From positions 79,238,001 to 79,302,000 of the forward strand of contig CM059432.1 of assembly GCA_030390025.1 (NCBI GenBank): DNA of 64,000 nt, given 5' to 3'. Shown here piece after piece: positions 51,208 through 62,728 of this stretch. The stretch's first letter is position 1, and each line of letters opens with the position of its first letter. Source of the stretch: Squalus acanthias (lineage: Eukaryota). Made by a program: the position numbers and the translations under genes. The notes beneath the pieces are model-generated. The model worked only from the letters and a program-made list of their open reading frames with translations. It was not told where the DNA came from and ran no database searches.

Positions 51208-52329
51208 GTAAATAGGTCTATCAAAATTAGATTAAACTTTATCTAGTCCACTGAGCTGTTTGCATCTTAGGTCTTCACATATGGGATGCAGATAATATCT
51301 TTCTGAGTCTGTACCTCGCTCACTTTTCAAGTCAAATTCAACAAGATCCAACATTTCAAAATTTTTACCCCTTGGATGCTGAAAGATTCAAAGAAATAAA
51401 TGTTTCCACGGGCCGATCAGTTTTGTAAGTTTTCAGCTCAGAAAACTGACACTGAAACAAGCAATACTATAATAAATCTATGTAGGTATTAGGAACAGCT
51501 TCATTATTTTAATTAACAACCCAATACTACAAAAATAAGTGGTTAAAACACAATTTTAAACAGAAAGGAAAAAATTAAAAAACAATTGTGCTTGCCCTTT
51601 CAGTCTTTTTTTCCATTCACATCCCTTTCCCATTATTTCGACCTTCACATTCTTTCTCAGTTCTATTTTAAGTTTAATTGTAACTTTTTTCTACCTAATC
51701 GATTTGTTCCATTGTTTATTTATCTAGCAGATTAGCATTAAATGTTTCACTTATCTTTCTGTTCCTTTCTCCTGGGCATGCATCCTTGGAGGAAGGCTGG
51801 CGTGTGTGCATTTTCAAAACATGTAAAACAGTTCCACAAAGGTTGGGACTCCTTGAGCACTTCTGAAACTAGGTTTGGCATCACATTGGAAACTGCTTTG
51901 CAGTGATGCACATGTGGCAGTATAACCACACTCATAAGTGTGCAAATACTTTGTGCAGCATAGAGTTTTCTCCAGATTTTTCACCTGGAAAATATGGCAT
52001 TATTTTCTTTGGTCCTAGATTTATTTATTTTCTTTAATAAAAAATTAAACTGAAAAATTCTCAGGAAAGCAAAAGAAAAACCGAAAGTAAAAAACCCTCT
52101 GCAGTTTTGATCACTGCAAGCTTGGTTTCATACTGGTTTATAATGCCACCAAATGTTAATCTTGGTACTACAATAGAATTATATACTATTTAAATTCATT
52201 AAGAATATAAATGGTGACCTTAGTTAGAAGAGAAGACCATTTAACTTATCCACCTCTCCCACTGGGTTAAGTCTGTGTTCAAGATAAATGGTCTTCGTAG
52301 AGCTGATTCCCTCTCAGTATCAGGTAAGA

Positions 52330-52760
52330 AAGACCTTATCACATATCTCAGAAGTGTGCCAAAGCACTTCACATACAATGAATTACTTTGAATGCAGCAC
52401 TGTTATCATTTAGGCAAACTACTGTCCATTTGCACACAACAGAATCCCACAAACAGCAATTAGACAAATGACCAGCTAATCTGTATTGATGGTGTTGGTT
52501 GAGGAAAGAATGTCGTTCAGGACACCAGGAGAATTCCTCACTCTTCTCAAATAGTGACATGGGGTCTTTAACACCCATCTGAACTACAGGAGCAAGCAGA
52601 TAGGGTCTGGTTTAAGATCCCAACTGAAGGATGGCACCTTCAACAATGCAGCACTCCCTCAGTACTGTCTAGAAGTGCCAGCTCGCATTATGTACTCAAA
52701 TCCTTGAATGCACAACCTTTTGGTTTAGAGGCAAGAGTACTACTAACTGAGCCATACCAA
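52330..52760 (-). mobile_element. Deu-domain SINE, diverged
   Basis: Colinear with 29140-29483; ends about 85 bp before mcmdc2 exon 4. Confidence 0.65.
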
Positions 52761-52844
52761 CACCAACTGAAATCTATTGTCAGTGATAAAACCAAATTGT
52801 TAAAAGCAGCTCTTCCATTGATAACTTCATTTTGTATTTTCAAG

Positions 52845-53040
52845 GTTAATGTTGTGCTAAAGCTGACACACTTACCTCCACTACCGATTTACTCGCTTAA
52901 CCTTTGCCAGTTCCCCCGTGGATACCAGCTGCTGAGGTACTATAAGATAGAAGGGGTGGTGATTGCAATGACAACCATAACAAAGTACACTCAAGGTGCA
53001 AGATTCCTTTGTTCTGAATCAAGCTGCCCCTTTTCAGCAG
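52845..53040 (+). CDS. mcmdc2: MCMDC2 coding exon 4
   Basis: ttcaag|...|gtaaaa; 196 nt, VNVVLKLTHLPPLP...EGVVIAMTTITKYTQGARFLCSESSCPFSA; contains the first Cys pair of the MCM zinc motif. Confidence 0.95.
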
Positions 53041-53396
53041 GTAAAAAAAAGGTCTGACTGGAAACTTATTTTAAGGCAAACTCATGTTTTGAATGTTATT
53101 TATATCCTTTTATACCAGTTACTACTTCACATCTCTGTAATTGTTGTTTGATTTGTTGCCTTGAAGTGTGAATCTGGAAATGTTGTAATTAATTATTTAC
53201 AATTGATAATTGCAATCTGTTTTGTAAACAAGTTACAAAGTTATTTTTCAAAGTGCTTTATTCCTTTTGAAAGTATTCCTACCCTTCCTCATTTTTAAAT
53301 TTTGATTTCCTTCCACGATACCTCTTTCAAATCAAGAAAGCAGGTAGATGACATTTGAGGAATTTTAGGACCACACTCTATGACCTAATACTTGAG

Positions 53397-53611
53397 TGAG
53401 AAGTCGCACAACACCAGGTTATAGTCCAACAGTTTTATTTAAAATTACGAGCTTTCGGAGCTGCTGCTCCTTCGTCAGGTAGAGGTGACCTGACGAAGGA
53501 GCAGCAGCTCCGAAAGCTCGTAATTTTAAATAAAACTGTTGGACTATAACCTGGTGTTGTGCGACTTCTCATTTTTGTCCACCCCAGTCCAACACCGGCA
53601 TCTCCGCATCA
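53397..53611 (+). mobile_element. Fold-back Penelope-like non-autonomous element (family B) with a hammerhead core in each arm
   Basis: Perfect 84-bp inverted repeat (53397-53480, 53488-53571), 7-nt spacer, 40-nt tail, TSD CTAATACTTGAG (53385-53396, 53612-53623). Core CTGACGA-a-GGAGC-agca-GCTCC-GAAA-GCTC. Confidence 0.85.
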
Positions 53612-53777
53612 CTAATACTTGAGCACAGTGCATTAGCACATCAGTGTGGTTCCCCACCAGACTTAGTAAATATGTTTTACGCTGATGTTAAAACTGATCG
53701 TATTTAATAAATACATAATTGTGCAAGAGATTTGAATATTATTTGTTAAAAATGTATAATATCATTGTGTATACTAG

Positions 53778-53900
53778 GCTTTCAGTACATTCGGGTGCAT
53801 ACTGCAGGTGCTACAGAATCGGCAACCGTGCGAAATGACTTCACGTGCACTTTGTGTAACTCTGCACTCAAGGAAGATGTGAAATTCAGAGTGCTGGGTG
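53778..53900 (+). CDS. mcmdc2: MCMDC2 coding exon 5
   Basis: tactag|...|gtatgt; 123 nt, (G)FQYIRVHTAGATESATVRNDFTCTLCNSALKEDVKFRVLG. Confidence 0.95.
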
Positions 53901-54257
53901 GTATGTGTATAATTCCTTACGTTCTTAGTTTAATTTCTTATATTCTTAGTTTAATTGTACATGAAATAATGATGCTTGGGACATATTACTGAGAGACAAT
54001 TCAAAAACAGCAGTAAAATAATTTTCATAAATGTGTAGCTAGAAGAGCTCAGGGCTGAAGAACTGAACCTGCGATAAATGTATTGCTTAATACATGTTGG
54101 AAATACAAATGAGAGTTTCTATCACGATATTCTAATAATGCTTTGAGTGCTTTGTTTGCATTATCAGTAATAGTGTTCAGTACTTTTGAGTATCACTCTA
54201 CAATTAAATTATTTGGGTATAACATAAGGGCATCAAATGGTGCAACTGTAAAATATA

Positions 54258-54660
54258 TTCCCCTATGACTTAGCTGGTTAACTAAATTATTAGTTGCACC
54301 ATATGAGCCAAGAAAGATCCACATTTGATCCCTGCTCTTTGCTGAGTTAGCTTATCTCAGCCTGGGCGTCAACAAGGGCACTACAATTAACTTCATTGAT
54401 CCCCAGATTACAGAGCGGAAAGTAAGCCAGGATTCCTAGTCCTCATTGCTAACCAGAGACTCTTTGTGGAGGTGTTTGTGTGGAGGGAGGGTGGGAGAGA
54501 CCGGATCAGTCTCAAATGTGATAAGTTGTTGGCAAAGAGTCATCACTGTGATCATATAACCTCTCTGTCATGGCCTCATACAAGAAGAACCCTGGCCTAC
54601 TTATCCCTCCTTAGTCTGGTCACTTGGATGAGTTCCTGGGGGATTCTAACACCCTTGAAA
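54258..54660 (+). mobile_element. Old SINE-like repeat with tRNA-like head; related minus-strand copy at ~63630-63860
   Basis: Degenerate A/B boxes (TGACTTAGCTGG, TTTGATCCC) and weak similarity to the reverse complement of 63630-63860. Confidence 0.45.
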
Positions 54661-55020
54661 CTATAGCACAGCAATACCTTCAAGAAGGAAGGAGGGACTT
54701 GGAAAAATTAGTGGAGAAGGAGGGAAAAACATTTTGTAAAACACAACCTGGGCATTTATTTTTAATAGTACAGGGTATGTCAGTTTTTGTTGTTCAGGTT
54801 ATTTTCCCTTGTTACCACCATCCACTTTATTATTCTGTTTGTATTATTTCTGGCAAAAACAAGTATCACCAGTACATGTGGCCATGCCTAGCTCTCAGCT
54901 TGAATTTGTGCATTGTGCGGTCTTTGTAATGGAGATAATATGGAGTCAGAAGCTCAACTCAGGGTCCAACAGGGCGCTGAGATTGCAAACAGTTTGGTTC
55001 AGCTTGAGACAGAGGCCAAG

Positions 55021-55183
55021 AGAGGGAGTTAACGTTTCAGGTCGATGACCCTTCGTCAGAACTTCATCTGAAACGTTAACTCTGTTTCTCTCTCCACAGA
55101 TGCTGCCTGACCTGCTGAGTATTTCCAGCTTTTTCTGTTTTTATTTCAGATTTCCAGCATCTGCAGTATTTTGCTTTTGTATT
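55021..55183 (+). mobile_element. Family A Penelope-like element, short inverted arm plus tail
   Basis: Near-identical to the right arm and tail of 5545-5782, preceded by a short inverted segment; no TSD seen. Confidence 0.78.
55027..55063 (-). ncRNA. Minimal type I hammerhead motif (family A, core intact)
   Basis: Minus strand reads agtt-CTGACGA-a-GGGTC-atc-GACCT-GAAA-CGTT-aact: stem I, conserved core, stem II and palindromic stem III ACGT. Confidence 0.75.
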
Positions 55184-55804
55184 AGTGAATTTTCAGTAAC
55201 TTGGTTTAAGTTTTGTTGTGATGAGAATGTTTTAATTGTTTTTAAACTCTATACTCATGAACACATTGTCAATGAAACTGGTCTTACACATGCCAACTTC
55301 CTACGCGCAAGGGCTGGAAATTCAACAATCTGCAACGCTGCCTCAGTGTCATCTGTGGGATTTAGACGACAAAAATTAGTGAAAAGTATAGTTGTGTTTT
55401 AGAAGGGAGTGTGGAATTCCCCAAGTAAGTAGTAGCTAGGGGTTTTAGGGAAATGTGAAGTGACTTAAAAATATAGTACTTTTAAAAATTAAGCGACCTG
55501 TTTCAACAAACATTTTGGATTATTGCACTTGCATAATTACATTTTTAGAAAAACTATATAAAGTAAAAGATACTTCCTTTTAATTTTCTAGGGTTCTTTA
55601 GGAAAGGTATATAGATTAAATGTCCCATTCATATATATGATAGAATAAATGAAAAATATTAAAATGTGAATGCTCTTTAGAAATCGCACATTTTCCCCTC
55701 TACAACAACATCTTGCATTTGTATAGTGCCCTTAACATAGTAAAACGTCCCAAGGCTCAAGCAAGCCTCTCAGCTGGAAGTTTAAATATTTAATTGTTCA
55801 TGCT

Positions 55805-57030
55805 ATAGGAACAGGAGTAGGCCATTCAGCCCCTCAAGCCCGTTCCGTCATTCAATTAGATCATGGCTGATGTGTACCTCAACTCCATCCTCCTTTACTC
55901 CATATCCCTTGATACCCTTACCTAACAAAAATCTATCAATTTCAGTTTTGAAATATCAATTGACCCAGTATCCACAGCCTCTTCGGGGAGAGTGTCCAGA
56001 TTTCCACTACCCTTTGTGTAGAAAGGTGCTTCCTGATTTCACACCTAAATGACCTAGTTCTAATTTTAAGATTATGTCCTCTTAGGAACATAGGAACAGG
56101 AGTAGGCCATTCAGTCCCTCGAGCCTGCTCCGCCATTCAATGAGATCATGGCTGATCTGCGACCTAACTCCACATACCCACCTTTGGCCCATATCCCTTA
56201 ATACCTTTGGTTAACAGAAAGCTATCAATCTCCGATTTAAAATTAACAATTGATCTAGCATCAATTACCGTTTGCGGTAGAGAGTTCCAAACACCTACCA
56301 CCCTTTGTGTGTACAAGTGTTTCCTAATTTCACTCCTGAAAGGTCTGGCTCTAATTTTTAAACTATGCCCCCTAGTCCTAAACACCCCAACCAGCAGAAA
56401 TAGTTTCTCTCTATCTACCCTATCTGTTCCCCTTAATATCTTGAAAACTTCGATCAAATCACCCCTTATCCTTCTAAATTCAAGGGAATACAACCCTAAT
56501 TTGTGTAATCTCTCCTCGTAACTTAACCCTTGAAGTCTGGGTATCATTCTGGTAAACCTACCCTGCACTTCCTCCAAGGCCAATATATCTTTCCTAAGAT
56601 GTGGTGCCCAGAACTGCTCACAGTAGTCCAGGTGTGGTCTAACCAGGGTTTTGTATAGCTGCAGCATAACTTCTACCCCCTTGTATTCTAGTCCTCTAGA
56701 TATAAAGGCCAACAGCCCATTAGCCTTTTTGATTATTTTCTGTACCTGTTCATGACATTTTAATGATCTATGTTCCTGGACCCCCATGTTTCTTTGGACT
56801 CCACTGTTTTTGGACCTCCTCCTCTTGTTCTGGATTTTCCCACCAAAGGAAATAGTTTCTCTGTATCTACCCTATCGAATCCCTTCATCATTTTAAATAC
56901 CTTGATTAGATCACCCCTCAACCGTCTAATCTCAAGGGAATACAGACCAAATTTTATGCAACCTGTTATCATAATTTAACCCTTTAAGCCCTGGTATCAT
57001 TTTGGTGTATCTGCCCTTCAAGGCCAATAT
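55805..57030 (-). mobile_element. Two nested CR1 3' fragments (younger copy ~56084-56815 inside an older one)
   Basis: Two CR1 3' ends, at 55805 and 56084; CCTCTT is repeated at both junctions; open 207-aa RT C-terminus. Confidence 0.85.
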
Positions 57031-57171
57031 GTACTTAATTGCTTCCATTACATCTCTTTAATTAAAAAAAAGGTGACTTGAAAGCACATAAATATTAATT
57101 CCTGCAAACTCAGAAATAAAACTATATTTGCTAAAATATTATTTTTTGGTTTGTTTATATATTTTCAAAAG

Positions 57172-57279
57172 ACAAACAGCTTATTGAAATGATTGATGCA
57201 GCTGCCCTTGATGTTATTAAAGGAAATCAAGTCAACAGATCATATTCTAGGTACCAGTCTTTCACTGTGTTTTTAAGGG
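57172..57279 (+). CDS. mcmdc2: MCMDC2 coding exon 6 (gene continues beyond the window)
   Basis: caaaag|...|gtaagt; 108 nt, (D)KQLIEMIDAAALDVIKGNQVNRSYSRYQSFTVFLR, phase 1 at both ends. Confidence 0.88.
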
Positions 57280-57781
57280 GTAAGTTTGCTTTTTTATTGT
57301 AACATGGGGCTGAAATTTCTGTTTTCACAATTTTATTGAAATGGTAAACAGTATTTCAAAATTAATAATCTCAGATCATTTAATTCATAAATTCCTCTGT
57401 CGCTGGTAAATGTCTGGTTTGGGTCAGCAGTCTCTTAGAGTGATACCACATCATATTCGTGTTTACTTTTTTCACTCAAGTTAGTGAACAGGAATTTTGA
57501 CCTTTGATGCCTTATTTACACCCGATTCTGTTTATTGTAAGATATATAATGACTTTATACAGTGAAATAAAAGTAAAGGTGATATAGGTTTTGTAAATCA
57601 TACTTAGTAGATTCCCATGTTTGACTGCACAGCTGCCTTACTTGTGTAAAATACATTTCAAATGATTAAAAAAAAATATTCTTAAGGAAACATCCCAGCT
57701 ATCAAAGATGGCTCTATTTGGATGACGTGTCCTCCTCAGTCACAATGTGACACTAGTAAACCAGTGTATTTTAGAGATGTT

Positions 57782-58323
57782 GGGGGGAATTTTAATCCCA
57801 ATGGGTGAGTTGGGGTCGGGTGGAAGGTTAAAAATCTGAATCCCGACCCCAACCTTCCCACTTCTGGTTTTAACAGAGGCGGGACAGGGAGCGGGCAGCC
57901 AACCCACTCCCAGGAAGCGGGTTGGCACTTTAATTATGACAATAAGGCTGGAAGCCTCGGAAGTAACCTTTGCAGGTTTAACTGTGGCTGGCCAGGGTTC
58001 CCAGGCCTCGGAATTCCCGGCAACTGCAGTGAGGCGAGGACAGCCTCGGGGAGCACTCGTTGTGGGCTAAGGAGCAGGAGTGCTTTCCCCCGCCACCCAT
58101 ACAAACTCCTCCCGGGGGTCGGGGACCGAACCCCCATGGGATCGGACCGGCCCCCGGGGTCAGGGTTTGGAGACTCCCCCGGGATCAGAACCCTCCCCTG
58201 TCCCCCGGGGTCAGGGCTTGGACCTACCTGGGGCTGCGGCCTCTTCTCCAGCGTTCCCCGCCCGACTGGAAGCCAAGCCTGTCAATCAGGCTGACCCAGC
58301 AGGTCCAAAAGTTAAAATTCCCC
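57782..58323. mobile_element. MITE-like element inserted in a decayed minus-strand CR1
   Basis: TIR GGGGAATTTTAA / TTAAAATTCCCC; left portion resembles 61732-62481. Confidence 0.7.
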
Positions 58324-59795
58324 TTAGAGTCTCTAGTTGCCCTCTGCTGGATCTTCTCAAGGGCTTTGATATCACTGGCCAAGTGAGGGGACTGAAACTG
58401 GAGACAATATTCTAAATGCAGTTGTACCAAGACCTTGTATAAGCTAAGTATCATATTCTAGTTTATAATGAACTGTCATAGCAATACACCTTAACGCTTT
58501 ATTCACTTTCCCTATGGCCTTGCAACGCTGGACTATCAATATTTTATCCATTCCATCTCCTACTCTAACTTTAAGGGCGTAACCCTGCATGGTACACACA
58601 TCCCTGGAATTACCCAGACACAAATCCGTCACACTGTATACATCTATATTGAAGGACATCTGCCAAACATGGGCTCATTTCCGTAGTGTATATAGATTAC
58701 CCTGTACTCTCTTTATTCTATATTCCTAACTCCCACACACAATTTTGTGTCATCAGGAAAATAGAGAATTGTTCTCTTAACAGTTTCATTGATAAACCCT
58801 CAAAATAAAACTTAGAACATAATAAATTTTAAAAACCAGTAATTTTGAAAAACAAATCCAACAATTTTCCTCCGCACAGTCCTCTCCTCTTCTCTGTTGG
58901 GGCCTTAGGTTTGTCTTCTGCTCTGTTCCCAGAGCTTAGATCCTTGAGCTGGGCTGTTTTCCATGCCTCTCAGTGTTGCTTTTTTGCTCCTCAAAAACCC
59001 TCGCATTCACAGTTGTAGCATTTTCCTATCTTCTGTTTTCTCATCAGCACTTGTGTGACCTCGCAGCTTAGTGCCCTTCAATGTCATGCACCCGCCCCCT
59101 CAAGATAAGAAAACACAGAAAATAACAGATAAGATCAGAAAGAAAAAAGAGGACTAGCATATTCCAAGGTTATTAGAAACCCCAAATGAGACAGGAAAAT
59201 GAAGGAGTGTGAGAGGCATACACTGTAACAGCCATACAGAAAGAAAGAAAGAAAAGGGCATACACAAAAGAAATAGATAGACTGCCACATACATTCTATG
59301 ACAGGTATGCACAGAAAGTGAGAAATAATATAGAAGGTGAAGAGACAGACTTACAGAAAGAAACAGGCAGAAAGAGTGAGAAACACTCAAATGGACAGAT
59401 AACAAGAGAAAGTGTCTCAAAACTAAACACAGAAAAAAATTAAATGGGCGGCAAAGAGTTGAAGACAAACAGAAAGGCAAGGGAGTTTTTTTTTGTTAAA
59501 GGCAAATCGTGTTTCACTAACCTGATTGAGTTTTTTTGATGAAATAACAGAGAGGGTTAATGAGGGCAATGCGGTTGATGTGGTGTACATGGACTTCCAA
59601 AAGCTGCATAATAGGCTTGCCGGCAAAGTTGAAGCCCATGGCATAAAAGGGACAGTGGCAGCATGGATACGAAATTGGCTAAGTGACAGGAAACCGGGAG
59701 TAGTGGTGAACGGTTGATTTTCGGACTGGAGGAAGGTATACAGTGGTGTTCCCCAGGGGTCGGTACTAGGACCACTGCTTTTCTTGACATATATT

Positions 59796-60558
59796 GGGGC
59801 AGAAATTAGGCTCGCCACGGGTGAGTACGCACTATGTACTCACCCCTGGACGGAACGAAAGTGCCGGTTTCTTGCATGCACTGCGCATGCGCAGGAAACC
59901 GGCACTTCCGTTTCCCTGAAGGAAGGGGTTCAGAGGTCGAACGCGCACGCCGGAGGGCCAGCGCGTTCGCCTCGCACTTCGGGTTTTTTTACAGGTTCCT
60001 CCGTGAGGGTAAGCACGGAGAAGATGCACATTGAAAAAGGAGGCGCAAGGCCTTCTTTTAACAAGGTAAGTGTTGATTTTATTAAAATTTAAACTTTTTT
60101 CACAGATTTATCTTTTTTAATTACTTTAAAGAAAGGTAAGTTTAGTTTTAGCCCCGTTAAAAAGTGTAATTAATTTTTTCAAAAATTTAAATTTTTGTTT
60201 AAAATAGTTAATTAATGTAATTTATAGTTATTTTAAAAATGTGATGTTTTTTTTTAATTTATTTGTAGTTTTAGGGATGTTTTGGGACCGATCTGTATTC
60301 ATAGATTTGACAGGTCTTCCTGTCAAATCTATGAATGAAAGATGGTCTGCTGCCATTGGCTCTCCATGGCCCACGTGATCCCACGGGACGCATCGCACTA
60401 ACTACGCCCCTGGGATACGCAAACACTGCGCGCCGGCAGTTGGAGGAGGCCCAGGACCCTAATCCCCCGTGGGCCCAGGGGTCAACGGCAGGCGCGGTAG
60501 GTAGGTGCGCGCGCGATCCTTGCACGTGTTGGAAGCCAGGGAGCCGAATTTCTGGCCC
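59796..60558. mobile_element. Harbinger-type MITE, second family, nested in a CR1 RT
   Basis: TIRs GGGGCAGAAATT / AATTTCTGGCCC with 3-bp TSD ATT; removing it restores CR1 YIND. Confidence 0.85.
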
Positions 60559-60906
60559 ATTAATGACTCAGACTTGGGTGTACAGAGCACAATTTCAAAA
60601 TTTTCAGATGACACTAAACTTGGAAGTATAGTGAACAGTGAGGAGGATAGTGATAGACTTCAAGAAGATATAGACAGGCTGGTGGAATGGGTGGACACGT
60701 GGCAGATGAAATTTAGCACAGAAAAGTGCGAAGTACATTTTGGTAGGAAGAACGAGGAGAGGCAATATAAACTAAAGGGTACAATTCGAAAGTGGGTGCA
60801 TGACCAGAGAGACCTGGGGGTATATGTGCACAAATCGTTGAAGGTGGCAGGGCAGGTTGAGAAAGCGGTTAAAAAAGCATACAGGATCCTTGGCTTCATA
60901 AATAGA

Positions 60907-61092
60907 CATGATGTGGAGATGCCGGTGTTGGACTGGGGTGGACAAATGTGAGAAGTCGCACAACACCAGGTTATAGTTCAACAGTTTTATTTGAAATCAC
61001 AAGCTTTCGGAGCGCTGAAGTGAAGCACTTCACCTGACGAAGGAGCAGCGCTCCGAAAGCTTGTGATTTCAAATAAAACTGTTGTGCGACTT
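60907..61092 (-). mobile_element. Family B Penelope-like fold-back element inserted in a CR1 RT
   Basis: Same sequence family as 53397-53611 in opposite orientation; TSD TTCATAAATAGA (60895-60906, 61093-61104) duplicates CR1 codons FINR. Confidence 0.85.
61030..61066 (+). ncRNA. Minimal type I hammerhead motif (family B, core intact)
   Basis: tcac-CTGACGA-a-GGAGC-agc-GCTCC-GAAA-GCTT-gtga; stem I tcac/gtga, palindromic stem III AGCT, predicted cleavage after 61062. Confidence 0.8.
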
Positions 61093-61731
61093 TTCATAAA
61101 TAGAGGCATAGAGTACAAAAGCAAGGAAGTTATGATGAACCTTTATAAAACACTGGTTCGGCCTCAACTGGAGTATTGTGTCCAACTCTGGGCACCGCAC
61201 TTTAGGAAGGATGTGAAGGTCTTAGAGAGGGTGCAGAAAAGAATTACAAGAATGGTTCCACGGATGAGGGACTTCAGTTACGTGGATAGACTGGAGAAGC
61301 TGGGGTTGTTCTCCTTAGAGCAGAGAAGGTGAGAGGAGATTTGATAGAGGTGTTCAAAATCATGAGGGGTCTAGACAGAGTAGATAGAGAGAAACTGTTC
61401 CCATTGGCAGAAAGGTCGAGTACCAGAGGACACAGATTTAAGGTGATTGGCAGAAGAACCAAAGGCGACATGGTAAAACTTTTTTACGCAGCGAATGGTT
61501 AGGATCTGGAATTCACTGCCTGAAAGGGCGGTGGAGGCAGATTCAATCGTGGCTTTCAAAAGGGAATTGGATAAGTACCTGAAGGAAAATAATTTGCAGA
61601 GCTACGGGGAAAGGGTGGGTGAGTGGGACTAGCTGAAGTGCTCTTGCAGAGAGCCGACACAGGCTCGATGAGCCAAATGGTCTCCTTCTGTGCTGTAACC
61701 ATTCTATGATTCTATGAGTTGTAAACACAAA

Positions 61732-62481
61732 GGGGGTCATTTTAACCTCCCAGGACGGGCTAGTGGGGGGGGGATAAAAATTAAAAAATGGGAAACCTGA
61801 CCCAAGCCCGCCCCAAACTCCAGTTTTAACGGAGGCAGGTTGGGGGTGGGTGACTAACCTGCTATCCGGAGGCGGGTCTCACATTTAAATATTTTAATGA
61901 GGCTGCGTGCCTCACATATTAACTATCTTTCAGATTTAACGCTAGGTTTCCCAGGCAGCTGAAGGGAGGCTGGAATGGCTGGATGGAACAGGTAAGTCGT
62001 TTTCCAGCACAGCTTGTGGGTCAAGAGGAGCAGGAGTGCTTGCCCCCGACCCAACAAGCAAACCTGTTACTCTTCCTGTGATCCACTGCCCCCCCGCCAC
62101 CCCCCCCACGATGGGATCTCCCTCCGCGATCGGACCCCCTCCACAATTTCTGACCTGAGATCTCTGACTAACTCCCCGATGTACGACCCACGATCTCTGA
62201 CTCAACCCCCCCACCATGTCCAACCCATGATCTCTGACTCACCCTCCCCCCCCACCCCCGATGTCTGACCCGTGATCTCTTCCTCCGGTCCGTTCCCTGG
62301 CTGCGGCCTGGTGCCGCAGGCCTACCCACCTGCCTCACATTCTGGCTGGCTGCGGCCAAGAAACAGATTCAAAAAGTTGAAATCGTTAAATTTGGCAGGA
62401 CCTCCGGGAAACCCTTACTTCCAGGTATCCCGGCCATTAAACCTCCCCCGCTGCTCCCTCCCTGCCTCTGGTTATTGGGCC
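61732..62481. mobile_element. MITE-like element related to 57782-58323
   Basis: Starts GGGGGTCATTTTAACC; shares GTTTTAAC.GAGGC and GAGCAGGAGTGCTT blocks; right terminus degenerate. Confidence 0.55.
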
Positions 62482-62728
62482 CAAAGACTTGGACACAAGC
62501 AGAAATGCAGTTACATGAAAAGAAAGAGACATGAATTTTATTTTTATTTTTGCATGTGTTTGTGTTTTAAAAAAACACTTTCCAGTGATTGATTTTCAAG
62601 CTGTAATCTAATTTTGGAGTTCAGATTATTTTTTTTTTTTAACAGTTTGTGTTCTTACTCAAATATCCTTTTTTAAAAAAAAACTACTAATCTCTCCTCT
62701 CCCGAAGGCTGTGAATCATAGAGTCATA

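Larger units (their letters stand above)
59495..61716 (+). mobile_element. 5'-truncated CR1 carrying a MITE and a hammerhead element
   Basis: YMDFQK, GVPQGS, KFSDDTKL, RPQLEYC; tail AACCATTCTATGATTCTATG. Confidence 0.9.

Noticed and set aside
53397..53611. Classical MITE or CRISPR-like repeat
   Set aside because: The inverted arms are not terminal (an unpaired tail lies inside the TSD), the TSD is 12 bp, and there is no repeat-spacer array.
59100..59480. Hydrophobic 108-aa minus-strand ORF
   Set aside because: By-product of a low-complexity AG-rich tract.
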